NCBI GenBank assembly: GCA_963806225.1
Contig: CAWDXG010000001.1
Coordinates: forward strand, 1,120,001 to 1,184,000
Origin: an uncultured delta proteobacterium
GTDB lineage: Bacteria > Myxococcota_A > Polyangia > Polyangiales > Polyangiaceae
Direction: 5' to 3'
Length of the DNA: 64,000 nt
Shown here: piece by piece, positions 11,801 to 22,515 of the stretch
Layout: each line of letters opens with the position of its first letter
How positions within the stretch are numbered: the stretch's first letter is position 1
Notes under the pieces: model-generated
The model's input: the letters and a program-made list of their open reading frames with translations, nothing else
Databases searched by the model: none
What the model was told of the DNA's origin: nothing
Position numbers and translations under genes: made by a program

Positions 11801-14209
11801 CAGCGTGCGCACCACGGCGTCAACGACTATGGCGGCCTCGTGGACGAGAAACACGAGCCCCAAGAGCGCTCGTTCGATGTCTTTGAACTGTGGTCGCCCC
11901 CGCACGATCGCTGGCAGGAGTGGCGCGAAAAGCACGGAGAGCGCCACGAGCGTCCAGAACAGTGGAGCGCCAGGCAACCAGGTCCAGCCGCACAAGAGGA
12001 GCAGCACGAGCAGCGGGGCCGTCAGGCTGCGGCGCAGATTGTCCGCGATCTTCCAGCGATCGATGAGGCTCAGGCGGTTATGGAGCTTCCCACGGCGCGA
12101 CGACGGCACCTCCGGAAGGAGCCAGGGCAGAAGCTGCCAGTCACCGCATATCCAGCGATGCATGCGCCGCGCATACGCAGCGTAGTGAGTCGGGTAGTCC
12201 TCGAAGACAACAACGTCGCTTGCCAGAGCCGCCCTCCCGTGGATCCCCTCGAACAGATCGTGGCTCAGGATCGCGTTCTCCGGAGTCCGTCCTTCGAGGC
12301 TCCGCGTGAATGCATCCACGTCGTAGATGCCCTTGCCGACGTAGATACCCGACGCGAACAGATCCTGGTACAGGTCGGAGGTCGCGTGCGTGTAGATGTC
12401 GAACCCGGTGTCGCCGGCAAAAATCCGTTGGAACCGCGAACGACTCGAGCTGGCCGGGGAAGTCTGGACGCGGGGCTGGACGATCGTGTACCCGGAAGCC
12501 ACGCGTCCTGTCTTCTCATCGAAGGTCGCGCGATTCAGCGGATGCGCAAGAACCCCGATCAAACGACGCGCGCTTCCCATCGGAAGCTCGGTGTCGCTGT
12601 CGAGCGTTATGACAAATCGAATCCGCTCCAGTCCCTCCGGGGCCCCCTCGTGGCGCACGTAGCTCCCGCGCTTGTCTCCACGAAGCAAGCGGTTGAGCTC
12701 CTCGAGCTTCCCGCGCTTGCGCTCCCAGCCCATGAAACACTCCTCGGACGCGTTCCAGCGGGGCTGTCGGTGCAGAAGGTGGAACGGGCCGGTTCCATCC
12801 TCGCCGTGCTTCGCGTTGAGCGATGCGATTTCTTCGCACGCGCGGTCGAGCAGGTCCTCGGATGCCGGGGGCTCCAGGGCATCGGCGTCGTCGGTGAGCA
12901 GCGCGAACCGTAGCTGTGGGTCGGGGTTCGAGAGGTAGTGAAGCTCGAGCCGCTGGGCCATCCTGGCGATGTCGTCCCGCGTTCCGAGCAGCGTGGGAAC
13001 CACAACGAGAGTCCGGGCGTCCTCGGGAAGGCCCTTTTCGAAGTCGAGCTTCGAAAGGAGGTGGGGCCTGAGCAGCTTTGCGAACGCCCACTGGACGATC
13101 GCCACGGCGACGACCGCCGCCGCGCCAAGCGTGAGCACGAGTACGGCGAGGCGCGGCAAGAGCCCCGCGCCGCTCCGGACGGCATACCATTCTGGCAGGA
13201 CGACAAGCGCCGCGGTCACGAGCGACAGTGTTCCAAGATACGCAAGCGTTGGCCGGCCGAGGGCCATCCGGCGAACGCGCTCGAGCCCTTTCGGTCCGTA
13301 GCCGAGCTCCTGCTCGAGTACGCTTCGACCCACGTCGACCAGGTAGTAGCCGACGTGTCCGCGGCGTTCGTCCGGAACAGCCCGGGACGCCAGTGCCAAA
13401 GCTCGAGCGGCCACGTCTTCTTCCGGTATCCGGGTGACCCAGGCGAGCTCCTCGATGGTCTTGCGGTACAAATCGCAGGTTGCAAAGTCCATTTGCGCGT
13501 AGATCCCCGCCGGATCCGCGCGCAACATCGCTTCGACGCGACTCGTCTGTTCGAAGAATACCTTCCAGTCGAGCTCGGCGAAGAGGCGCAAGGCGCGAAT
13601 CGCGCGCTCTACGCCCGTCGCGGGGTCGACGACGACGTGCCCGGGGCCAACGGGCGACGCGTCTTCCGCAATGACTCCGAGCCCGGAGAGGGACTGCACG
13701 AGATTCGTGAGCACGGCGATCCGCAAAATCATCGGGAACGCCCAGAGCTCGGCAATGCTGAGCGTCGAGGTCTCCTGGTAGGCGCGGACAAAGCGTCCGA
13801 GCATCGCTCTGTCGAAGGCGAGACCGGTCTTCGCGACCAGCTCGGTCGAAAGCCAGTAGACGCGCGGCAGGCCTTTTCCAGGACCCGTCGACAGCCGCGG
13901 CAGGTGCCCCACGAAGCCGCGCGGAAGCTCTTGAGCGACCTGCCGGGCGACGCGGCGCACCAGGTGGTAGTTGTCGAGGAACCACTCGGCGGGCTTCTGC
14001 AGTGCCTTCTTGTCCTGGGTCCCTGATGCCAGCCGCTCGCGGGCCTGTTCAAGGGCGGCTGCTAGTCGCGAGGGGGCGAAGAATGGCGCCGGCCATCGCC
14101 CTGGGCGTTCGAGACCTTGTTGCGATCCGGCGAGTGCGCGCGCCTCGACCTCCCAGGAACGGGTAGCCTCCGTGTCTTCCCTTGTCGGCTGGGCGGCAGT
14201 CGCCGTCAC
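5817..14209 (-). CDS. ndvB: Cyclic beta-1,2-glucan synthase (GT84 + glucoamylase-like + GH94 phosphorylase), split by a 1-nt frameshift near 9634
   Basis: ORF 9254..14209 has WERKRGKLEELN, ITLDSD, SHDLFEG, RMHRW.GDWQ, LSWGGTMFEYLMP. ORF 5817..9734 has GH94 motifs YQSSGAFGFRDQLQD, DWNDG, ENGGQYTH. Joined length is about 2800 aa. Confidence 0.9.
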
Positions 14210-15261
14210 CGTTCCCCCGGCGGGTAGCTGGCGCGCAGCGGAGGCGCATACCGCTCTTCCGCCGCCTCACCCGTGCGCCCCAGCGCGGCTTCCGGAAGAT
14301 CCTGCAGGACGAGAAGCGGAATCGTCGAGTGCGAAATGAGATGGTGCGTCACGCTTCCGAAAGGTTGCATCGGATTGCACACGCTCCCATGCGCGGAGAG
14401 CACCACGAGGTCGGCTTGCTCCCGCTCCGCAATCTCGAGCAGAGCCTGCCGTTCGTCCACGTGGCGTGTGACGACCGCGCGCACCCGGGCGGTGCGTGGC
14501 AGTCGAGCGCCAAGATGATCGAGATACCGCGTCGCGCGTGACTCCAGTCGTGCGGCGAGCGCGCGCGCAACGTCGAGATCGCCCGCGTGCAGCACTGCCG
14601 TCGGAAGAGGCTCCACGACGACGTGGACGAGCAACAGCTCCGCGCCGTACGCCTCGGCGATCCGCGCGACGGTGGGTAGCACGCTCTCGGTCCGCGTCGA
14701 GCCGTCCAGGGGAACGAGAATGCGCTCGGGCGTGAAGGCGCCTGCAGCGCGCGACGCGGCCCGTGCCACCAGCACGGAGCCGCGGGATACCGCGAGCAGC
14801 TGTTGTGCCGTGCCGCCCAGCTTCCACTCGGCCACCCCGCCTTCGCCGTGACTCGCGATCACGGTCAGGTCCGCACCGATATCGTGTGCGATGGCCGTGA
14901 TGCGCTCCGCTGGGCGGCCTTGCGCGAGCTTGCTGTCGACAGCGAGGTCCCATGTCTCGCTCGCGTCCGTTGCGAGGCGGTCGAGATACACCGTCGCTTC
15001 CCGCCGGGATACCTCCCAGCCGAGCGGGTCCGTGATGCGCCCGCCTGCATGCTCCTCTGCAGGTTGCATTACGTGCAGAAGGGTCACCTGACTTCCGAAG
15101 ACCCTGGCCAGCGCGATGGCGTGGGGCAGACACGCCTCCGAGTACGGCGAGAGGTCGAGGCACACGAGGATATGACGCATGCTCTGGGCGCGCGGAAGCG
15201 GCGTAGTTCGAGAGTCTGGAGCTGCGTCGCCGGGCGGGGGATGGTGTGTCGCGATTGGCAT
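14206..15261 (-). CDS. Universal stress protein, two USP domains
   Basis: HILVCLDLS and RILVPLDGS starts, ADLVVLSAHG..FGSVT. Stop overlaps the glucan synthase GTG (GTGA at 14206-14209). Confidence 0.9.
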   Translation of the reverse strand: MPIATHHPPPGDAAPDSRTTPLPRAQSMRHILVCLDLSPYSEACLPHAIALARVFGSQVTLLHVMQPAEEHAGGRITDPLGWEVSRREATVYLDRLATDASETWDLAVDSKLAQGRPAERITAIAHDIGADLTVIASHGEGGVAEWKLGGTAQQLLAVSRGSVLVARAASRAAGAFTPERILVPLDGSTRTESVLPTVARIAEAYGAELLLVHVVVEPLPTAVLHAGDLDVARALAARLESRATRYLDHLGARLPRTARVRAVVTRHVDERQALLEIAEREQADLVVLSAHGSVCNPMQPFGSVTHHLISHSTIPLLVLQDLPEAALGRTGEAAEERYAPPLRASYPPGER

Positions 15262-15276
15262 TGCCCGCTGAATGGT

Positions 15277-15292
15277 TTCAAGATCCCTGCCA
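15277..15292 (-). promoter_or_regulatory. Putative sigma54 -24/-12 promoter of the usp-ndvB operon
   Basis: Minus strand TGGCAGG-GATC-TTGAA versus consensus TGGCACG-N4-TTGCW (-12 element variant). Confidence 0.5.
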
Positions 15293-15331
15293 ACTCCCGG
15301 ATCGCTGGCGAATACTTCGAACTATCGGACC

Positions 15332-15350
15332 ACGGGGCGTTTTGCCCCGT
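15332..15350. promoter_or_regulatory. Palindromic upstream element ACGGGGC-GTTTT-GCCCCGT
   Basis: 7-bp inverted repeat; the 16-bp core is repeated exactly at 21277-21292. Confidence 0.6.
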
Positions 15351-15438
15351 CTCGTGCCGCAAGCTCTGCGCGAAAGACGCTGGGGTGTGCTCGACGTGCG
15401 CGGCACGCGGCGGCTTCGAGCCGCAGGCGGGCGTCCGC

Positions 15439-18400
15439 CTACGTCGTCGAGGTTGCCAGCGCTGCGACCGCCGTCGCCAACCGATCGGAATCGATCGGCT
15501 TTGCCAGGTGCACCTGGAAACCCGCTTCGAGCGCTCGCCTGCGATCCGCTTCGCCGGCGAGGGCCGTGAGCGCGGCGGCGGGGATCTCTCTTCCGTGCTT
15601 GTCGTCCCGTAGCTTCCGGATGAAAGCGTAGCCGTCTTCGCCAGGCATCGCGATGTCACAGAGTATCGCCTGCGGTTTGAACGCCGCCGCGGCAGCGAGG
15701 CCTTCCGCTGCTGAAGATACGGCTCGAACCTCGGCGCCGTTCAGTGTGAGCATCGCTGCACAACTTTCGCGCGCGTCGTCGTCGTCGTCGATGAGCAGGA
15801 CGCGCACACCGCTGATGCTGCGTGAGAGCGTTCTGCGGGCGGCGGGAGCGGGCTCCGCGTCCTGTGCGGCCAACGGAAGCGTCACCGTGAACGTTGTGCC
15901 CTGCCCCTCTCCCGGGCTCTCGACATGCACCTCGCCGCCGTGCACGTCGACGATATGCCGGGCGATAGCCAGGCCCAGGCCGAGCCCGCCGTGGGCCCGG
16001 GTCATGGAGCTCTCGGCCTGGACGAAGCGATCGAAGAGGTGCGGAATCATCTCCTTTCGCAGGCCGCGCCCGGTGTCGCTCACCGTGATCCTGGCCTGGT
16101 GGTCGAACGCTTCGAGGCTGACCGCAATGCTGCCCCCCGGAGGTGTGAACTTGACGGCGTTGTCGAGCAGGTTGGCGACGACCTGTTGCAGGCGATCTGG
16201 ATCACCGTGGACCGGGTGGTGGGCGCCACGGATGGCGAGATCGAGCCCTATCCCTTTCACCTGCGCCGGGCTCCGCGCCACGTCGACGGCGCTCTGGACA
16301 ACGGTCGCGAGGTCGACCTCCTGCAGGTCGAGCATCAACTTCCCCGACACGATGCGTGAGATATCGAGCAGATCATTGATCAGACGGGTCTGGTTTCCAA
16401 CCGCACGCCCGATCGCGGCACTGGCGCGTTGGGTCACGGGGTCCTTCGCAGCGCTCTTCTGGAGCACCTGCGCCGACATCAGAATCGTGTTGAGAGGCGT
16501 ACGCAGCTCGTGCGAGAGCGTGGCAAGGAAGAGATCCTTGGCGCGGTTGGCGTGTTCCGCTTCGATTCGAGCCTCTCTCTCCGAAGCTTCGAGCTGGCGG
16601 TGCTCGGTGATGTCTTCGAGCGCCACAAGCAGCATCGGATCGCCGCCGGTGCCCTGGATTGGGCAGCCTCCGACCACGAGGTCCCGCTGGCCGCCAGGAA
16701 ACGCGCACTGGACCTCGAGGTGCTGGAACGATGAGCGGGTCGCCAGACTGCGTTCGAGGGCGTCTCGAAGCGCCGGCACATCCAGAGCGCCGGCTGCGAG
16801 CTCGAATAGCGGGAAGCGTTCGGTTGCGTCCGGTCGCGTGGCAAATCTGTCGTAGTAGGCGGGGTTCGCCGACACGACGCGCAAGGTCGCGTCGAGCACG
16901 AGCAGCGACATCGGGACGGTCTCCACGATGCGCTGCGCGTAGTCGCGGGCCCGCTCTGCTTCTTCCAGCGCGCGCTTCAAGACATCAACGTCGAGAAACG
17001 AGAGGATCGCGCCGTCGAGCCGGTGGTCCGCCGTCCGGTAGGGACGGATATGCAGCTTGAACCAGCGACCATCCAGACCCTGGACTTCGTATTCCTTCGG
17101 GGTGAGGGACTCGACCGTTTCCCGGATTCTGTCGGCCAGGTCGTCCACCCTGACCTTGAGCTTCACGTCATCGATCGAGCGGCCTACGTCTTCGGGTAGG
17201 AGGCTGGAGATCTGCCGTGCGGTTGGGGTGAAACGCCGGATCCTGAGATCCCGGTCCACCATGATGACGGGGATCCGGACGCTCTCGAGAACATTGACGA
17301 GGTCGTCTGCGATCACGTCCAGTTGCTGGTTCCTGTTGTGCAGCTCGTCATTCAGCGTGCTGAGCTCCTCGTTCGTGGACTGAAGCTCTTCCTGGGTACT
17401 CTGGAGCTCCTCGTTGGCGCTCTGGAGCTCCTCGTTGGCGGCGACCAGCTCCTCGTTGGCGGCGCCGAGCTCCTCGACCGTATCCTGGTGCTCGCCCGTG
17501 ATCGCTTGAAGATAGTCGCGGGTCGCGGTCAGCTCCGCATGCAGCTGAGGTGCTTCGTCGTCCGGGCGAGGCGAAGCTTGCTGGATTCCGGTAGGTGCTG
17601 CGGGCGTCAGCCCAAGCTCCTCGAACACGACAAGGAAGTGGCGGTCCACAGTGCCGGCCACGTCTCCAAGCGGCACGACATCGAGGTTGATCGAGCGCGT
17701 CTGGCCCTTCCTGGTGATTGTTGCGCCGTGCCTGCGGCTCGTGATGGACTGGGCCTTCGCGGCTTCGAGGGCTTCTCGTAGCGGAGCCGCAAGTCCGTCT
17801 CGTGCCATCTTGACAACGTTCACCTGCGGCTGCCCAGGGGGTGGCTCGAGGAAGTCTCCAGTGCGCCCCCGGAACTGGATGACCTCGAACCGCTCGTTGA
17901 CGACTACTCCCGAGGGGGCGTAGCGAGCCAGGAGCACATGGTCGGCCTGCCTTTGTGCATCTCGCGCAGGCTGTCCTCGCCGGGGGGGTGAGAACCCAGG
18001 CATCCGGAGCTCGGCTGCGGGGCCGAGCGAACGCGGGTATTCGATCCACGGACTCTCGCCCGTCTTTTCGAAGATCCGCTGGTCCTCGTTGACCGGAACG
18101 AACAGCTCAGCGAACTCGCGAATGCCCTCGCTGCCCCCGAGAAGCAGGTACCCGGGGGTGTTCAGGCAATGGTGCAACAGAGGCAGGATGCGGCGCTGCA
18201 GTTCGAGGTCGAAGTAGATGAGGACGTTGCGGCAGCTGATGAGATCAAGCCTGGCGAAGGGTGGATCCCGCGTGAGGTCATGCCGGACGAACACGCAGAG
18301 ATCGCGGATCCGCCTTCCCACACGGTAGTGGTCCCCGCTCCGCTCGAAGAACCGCGCCAGGCGCTCCGGGCTGACGCCTTCCACGTCGGACTCGGCGTAG

Positions 18401-19494
18401 AGGCCGGCTCGGGCCTTCTCGATCGCGCGCGCGCTCAGGTCCGAACCGAACAGCTTGATGGACTGGTGCTGGTTCTGGGCACCGAGGAACTCGACCAGGC
18501 AGATCGCGAGAGAGTAGGCCTCCTCGCCTGTGGAGCAGCCGGGTACCCAGACGCGGAGGGTCGCGTCATCATCCTTGTGCTCCAGCAGGCCGGGCAGTAC
18601 CTGCCGCTCGAGCGCTTCGAAGGCGGAGGGGTCGCGGAAGAACGACGTCACATGGATGAGAATGTCTTCGGCGAGCGCTTTGGCTTCGCCGGAGTCCTTG
18701 CGAACTGCCTCGGCGTACTCGACGAGCGAGCCGAGACGGCGCAGCGCCATTCTCCGGGCGATGCGCCTCATGAGCGTTGGGCGCTTGTACTCCCTGAAGT
18801 CCAGCTGGGCGTGCTCTTTCAGCGTCGCCAGAATGTTCGCTAGGCTGCGTTCGTCCTCTTGGCGACTCTTCTCGGCCGGTGCCTCGGGAACGTCGGGAGG
18901 CACGAGATACGGATGGCGACTGAGCCGGACGAGCTCGCGCGAAATCCCTTCGGGGGGCAGGCGGAAATCGACGACGCCCGCAGCGAGCGCGCTCTCGGGC
19001 ATGCTGCGGAACTGGGAAGATTCTGGATCCTGGGCGAAGGTGATCCCGCCGGCGGCCTTGATCGCCCTGAGCCCCTCGGTACCATCGGAAGCGGAACCCG
19101 ACAGCACGACACCGATGGCTCGCCCCGGCAGGTCTTCCGCGAGCGCATGGAAGAACGAATCGATCGGAAGGTGCAGCTTGCCGGTCTGCGGTCTCGGGAC
19201 AAGCGAGAGGAAACCGTGCTCGATGTCCAGATCAGCGCTTGGCGGGATGACGTACACGCGGTTCGGCTCCGCCCGCATGCGCTCTGTCACCTGGACCACA
19301 GGCATACTGACATCGCCTGCCAGCACACTGCTGAGCAGGCTCGGCCGCTCGGGATCGAGGTGCTGGATCACCACGAAAGCCATGCCCGTGTCGGCGGGCA
19401 GTTCCGCGAAAAGCTGCCGAAGTGCCTCGAGGCCGCCGGCCGATGCACCGATCCCGACGATCGGGATGGCGGCCGCCTCCGTATTGTCGGTCAT
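15439..19494 (-). CDS. CheB-CheR-PAS-HisKA-HATPase-REC hybrid signalling protein
   Basis: GIGASAGG (CheB), VTSFFRD and WVPGCSTGEEAYS (CheR), NEELQS coiled coil, LSHELRTPL, GLGLGL, C-terminal receiver. Confidence 0.92.
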   Translation of the reverse strand: MTDNTEAAAIPIVGIGASAGGLEALRQLFAELPADTGMAFVVIQHLDPERPSLLSSVLAGDVSMPVVQVTERMRAEPNRVYVIPPSADLDIEHGFLSLVPRPQTGKLHLPIDSFFHALAEDLPGRAIGVVLSGSASDGTEGLRAIKAAGGITFAQDPESSQFRSMPESALAAGVVDFRLPPEGISRELVRLSRHPYLVPPDVPEAPAEKSRQEDERSLANILATLKEHAQLDFREYKRPTLMRRIARRMALRRLGSLVEYAEAVRKDSGEAKALAEDILIHVTSFFRDPSAFEALERQVLPGLLEHKDDDATLRVWVPGCSTGEEAYSLAICLVEFLGAQNQHQSIKLFGSDLSARAIEKARAGLYAESDVEGVSPERLARFFERSGDHYRVGRRIRDLCVFVRHDLTRDPPFARLDLISCRNVLIYFDLELQRRILPLLHHCLNTPGYLLLGGSEGIREFAELFVPVNEDQRIFEKTGESPWIEYPRSLGPAAELRMPGFSPPRRGQPARDAQRQADHVLLARYAPSGVVVNERFEVIQFRGRTGDFLEPPPGQPQVNVVKMARDGLAAPLREALEAAKAQSITSRRHGATITRKGQTRSINLDVVPLGDVAGTVDRHFLVVFEELGLTPAAPTGIQQASPRPDDEAPQLHAELTATRDYLQAITGEHQDTVEELGAANEELVAANEELQSANEELQSTQEELQSTNEELSTLNDELHNRNQQLDVIADDLVNVLESVRIPVIMVDRDLRIRRFTPTARQISSLLPEDVGRSIDDVKLKVRVDDLADRIRETVESLTPKEYEVQGLDGRWFKLHIRPYRTADHRLDGAILSFLDVDVLKRALEEAERARDYAQRIVETVPMSLLVLDATLRVVSANPAYYDRFATRPDATERFPLFELAAGALDVPALRDALERSLATRSSFQHLEVQCAFPGGQRDLVVGGCPIQGTGGDPMLLVALEDITEHRQLEASEREARIEAEHANRAKDLFLATLSHELRTPLNTILMSAQVLQKSAAKDPVTQRASAAIGRAVGNQTRLINDLLDISRIVSGKLMLDLQEVDLATVVQSAVDVARSPAQVKGIGLDLAIRGAHHPVHGDPDRLQQVVANLLDNAVKFTPPGGSIAVSLEAFDHQARITVSDTGRGLRKEMIPHLFDRFVQAESSMTRAHGGLGLGLAIARHIVDVHGGEVHVESPGEGQGTTFTVTLPLAAQDAEPAPAARRTLSRSISGVRVLLIDDDDDARESCAAMLTLNGAEVRAVSSAAEGLAAAAAFKPQAILCDIAMPGEDGYAFIRKLRDDKHGREIPAAALTALAGEADRRRALEAGFQVHLAKPIDSDRLATAVAALATSTT

Positions 19495-19609
19495 CTGACC
19501 CGCTGTGCGCTCTTGGCTCGCCGGGGGGCGGGCGAACCCCCAACATGAGGCGCGATCACGGCGCCGTCAACCAACGAGCAGTACGCATTTCCCGCTCCTG
19601 GCGACGGTT

Positions 19610-21208
19610 TCAACCCCCCGGAACGTCGAAAGCGGGAACGAGCGACGTGTTTTCGAACACTGGCAGGTGGAGCTGCGTTGGCGCGTCCGGCTCAGGGGAC
19701 ACCTGGCCGAGCGCGTCGGCAAGCCGCGGCAGCACGACCTCGTCGGTGTAGCGGATCATGTGCTCGCCGCGCACGGCGCAGGCAATGGCCGAACGCACCG
19801 CATGCGTTCCGCGTGGCAGAGCACGAGCCAAAAGCCGCCAGAAGAGCGCCCGCCGCTGGCCAAGGATGCCGAGGCGGTAGAGCGAGCGCAGGGCGATACG
19901 CACGTCGGCCGCGAGGAGCGGCGTCTTGCCTGCCGGCGCCCCGATATGATCGACGACCGCCGCGCTTCTCTGGAAGTACGCCTCTGGTGCGTAGAGGTCG
20001 GCAAGCAGCTTCGCGTAGGCCGCGATGAGCTCGCGCTCCGGCATGGTGGGCCTGAAGTTGGGCCGCGCGAAGGCGTCGCCATCGGAATGGGCGCGCAGTC
20101 TGCCTTCGTGCTCCAGCCGGCGCCAGAGCGCGGTGCCCGGCAGCGCTGTGAGCAGGCCCACCATCGCCAGTGGCAGCGGCGCGTCGCGAAGCAGCTCCCG
20201 CTGCGCCTCGAAGCTCCTCTCGCCGTCGCCGTCGAAACCAACGATGAACCCACCCATCACCTCCAGCCCTGCCGCGGTGAGCTTGTCGAGCGCGGCGCGG
20301 ACGTCGACGCCCACGTTCTGGCGCTTCTTCGTGATCTTCAATGCCTCTTCGTCGGGCGTTTCAATCCCGATGAACACCGACGTGAAGTTCGCGGCGTGCA
20401 TCGCGGCAACGAGCCTGTCGTCGGCGGCCAGGTTCAGGCTCGCCTCGGTGTAGAAAGTGAAGGGGTAGCCCGCGTCGTGTTGCCAGCGGGCGAGCTCGGC
20501 GAGGATGGGCCGCACCATCTTCTTGTTGCCGATGAAGTTGTCGTCGACGACGAAGACCTCGCCGCGATATCCCAGCCGGGCGAGCTCCGTGAGCTCGGCC
20601 ACGACCTGTTCAGGCCGCTTCACGCGCGGCACACGTCCGAAGATCTCGATGATGTCGCAGAACTCGCAGCTGAATGGGCAGCCGCGAGAGGTCTGGATGC
20701 ACATCGAGCGGTACTGCCCGATGTCGAGCAGGTCGAAGCGCGGCACCGGCACCTCGTGTAGCGACGGACGCGCGGCGGGAGCGTGAAGGACGCGCGGCGT
20801 GCCCGGCTGCCCTTCGATCGCCCCGACGAGCTCGTCCACCCGCCCCTCGGCTTCGCCAAGGAAGAGGCAATCCGCATCGTCGAACCGCTTCGGCGAGGTG
20901 GTGCACGCCGGTCCGCCGACGATCGTCCGACGCCCGAGCTGGCGCGCGCGCGCCAGGATCTCGTGCATCGAGGGCTCCTGCACCAGCATGCCGCTCGACA
21001 GCACGACGTCCGCCCAGCCGAGGTCGTCCTCCCGGAGCGGCTCCACATTCAGGTCGACCAGGCGCAGCTCCCAGTCTTGCGGCAGCAGCGCCGCCACGGA
21101 GATCAGACCGAGCGGTGGCAGCGTGGCGCGCTTGCCGACCAGCGACAGGCTGTGCTGGAAGCCCCAATAGGTTGTGGGGAACTCTGGGTAGACGAGCAGG
21201 ACGCGCAT
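19610..21208 (-). CDS. B12-binding radical SAM protein (DUF4070-type)
   Basis: MRVLLVYPEFP..PPLGL B12-binding start, SRGCPFSCEFC, VDDNFIGN. Confidence 0.9.
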   Translation of the reverse strand: MRVLLVYPEFPTTYWGFQHSLSLVGKRATLPPLGLISVAALLPQDWELRLVDLNVEPLREDDLGWADVVLSSGMLVQEPSMHEILARARQLGRRTIVGGPACTTSPKRFDDADCLFLGEAEGRVDELVGAIEGQPGTPRVLHAPAARPSLHEVPVPRFDLLDIGQYRSMCIQTSRGCPFSCEFCDIIEIFGRVPRVKRPEQVVAELTELARLGYRGEVFVVDDNFIGNKKMVRPILAELARWQHDAGYPFTFYTEASLNLAADDRLVAAMHAANFTSVFIGIETPDEEALKITKKRQNVGVDVRAALDKLTAAGLEVMGGFIVGFDGDGERSFEAQRELLRDAPLPLAMVGLLTALPGTALWRRLEHEGRLRAHSDGDAFARPNFRPTMPERELIAAYAKLLADLYAPEAYFQRSAAVVDHIGAPAGKTPLLAADVRIALRSLYRLGILGQRRALFWRLLARALPRGTHAVRSAIACAVRGEHMIRYTDEVVLPRLADALGQVSPEPDAPTQLHLPVFENTSLVPAFDVPGG

Positions 21209-21219
21209 GGGCCCCCTCA

Positions 21220-21235
21220 TGCAGGCCGGATGCCA
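21220..21235 (-). promoter_or_regulatory. Putative sigma54 promoter of the radical SAM gene
   Basis: Minus strand TGGCATC-CGGC-CTGCA; predicted +1 falls at about the ATG (21208). Confidence 0.55.
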
Positions 21236-21276
21236 GAAGAAAAGGCCGGCAATAACCCGTTGGCAATATCCGCGAG

Positions 21277-21292
21277 CGGGGCGTTTTGCCCC
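21277..21292. promoter_or_regulatory. Palindromic upstream element CGGGGCGTTTTGCCCC (second copy)
   Basis: Identical to 15333-15348 and at nearly the same distance from the -24 element. Confidence 0.6.
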
Positions 21293-21316
21293 TCAGCGTA
21301 GCGCAATGGTTGCACT

Positions 21317-21841
21317 TTGCGAAAGGCAGGCGCGCGTAACGTGCGTGTGCGGCGCGCGACCCCAGTCCGGGTGATGTTGCACGGACGACGCGCGCACGAC
21401 GTGGTACGCCGAGCGCAACGCGACGGGACCGTATTCCTCGTCATGGATTTCCTCGACGGCACATCGCTCGAGCAGATCTGTCCGGTCCACGCGTCGATCG
21501 CAGAGGCGACCTGGGTCGCCGACCAGGTGCTCTCGGTGCTGGAGGCGGCACATGCGCGAGGCATCGTGCACCGTGACCTCAAGCCCGAGAACCCGGCGGC
21601 CCAGCGCGATCCATCGGCCGATGCGGCCAGCGCTCCAACCAGCTCCGCCGCCACGCTCCTCGTTTCCGTCCCCCCTCGTGTCGCCGACGCGCCGGTTCCC
21701 GAGCCCTCGGCGATGCCCGCGCCACGCCCGCTGATCTTCCCGCTCGTCATCCACGGAACGAAGGCTCGTGTTACGCCAGTGCCCGCGTCGCCTCCCGTCT
21801 ACGTCCGCACGAATCCCGGGTTCGTGCATTCACGCCGATGA
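21317..21841 (+). pseudogene. Ser/Thr protein kinase remnant
   Basis: FLVMDFLDG...AHARGIVHRDLKPEN, then a jump to a Pro-rich tail; no Gly-rich loop and no DFG. Confidence 0.8.
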
Positions 21842-22515
21842 CGCAAGCTGTCCCCCGCCGCTCCCTTTCGTGCATGCTCGCTCTCGTCGTCTGGGGGCTG
21901 TCGGTGGCCGCGGGCGCCCAGCCGGTGAATTCCGACGCCGACAGGTTGTTCGACACCGGTGTGAAGCTTGCGGAGCTCGGCGATTGCGAGGGCGCGCGCG
22001 AGAAGTTCGAGGCGAGCTTCCGGGCCGACCCCGCGCCAGGAACGCTGATCAACTGGGGCTTGTGCGATGAGCAACTCGGCAAGCTCGGGTCGGCCTACGT
22101 CCGGCTGGAACGCGCCCGCGCGATGCTTCACGCCGGCGATGCTCGCCTTCCCGCGGTCGATCAACGACTCGAAGCGCTCGCGCGTCGCGTTCCGAGGCTG
22201 GAACTGCAGCTGTTCCCGAAGGCGCCGGAGGGCACCCGGGTCGTGCTCGACGATGCGTCCGTCGGACGCAACCTGCTCGGAACCGCGATCCCGTTGGACC
22301 CCGGCATGCACGTGGTTCTGCTCCGGCTGCCGAACCGTCAGGTGCGACGCTATGATGTTGCACTCCGCCCTGGCCAACGAGCGAAGCTCCTGCTCGAGCC
22401 GGCCATGCTCAAGGCGCCCGCTTCCGCTTCGCCGCCGCAGCGCCTTCCACCGGCGACGCACCGCCCCGGCAAGGTGGGCGCCGGATTCGGACTCCAGTTG
22501 CGGGGAAGGCTTTGA
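21838..22515 (+). CDS. TPR/PEGA-like exported protein, probably C-truncated
   Basis: Signal peptide, ADRLFDTG..FEASFRADPAPGTLINWGLC, IPLDPG.HVV. ATGA overlap with the upstream ORF. Confidence 0.7.
   Translation: MTQAVPRRSLSCMLALVVWGLSVAAGAQPVNSDADRLFDTGVKLAELGDCEGAREKFEASFRADPAPGTLINWGLCDEQLGKLGSAYVRLERARAMLHAGDARLPAVDQRLEALARRVPRLELQLFPKAPEGTRVVLDDASVGRNLLGTAIPLDPGMHVVLLRLPNRQVRRYDVALRPGQRAKLLLEPAMLKAPASASPPQRLPPATHRPGKVGAGFGLQLRGRL

Noticed and set aside
19610..21208. RiPP cluster around the radical SAM gene
   Set aside because: No adjacent precursor peptide, PqqD/RRE or SPASM motif, or exporter.
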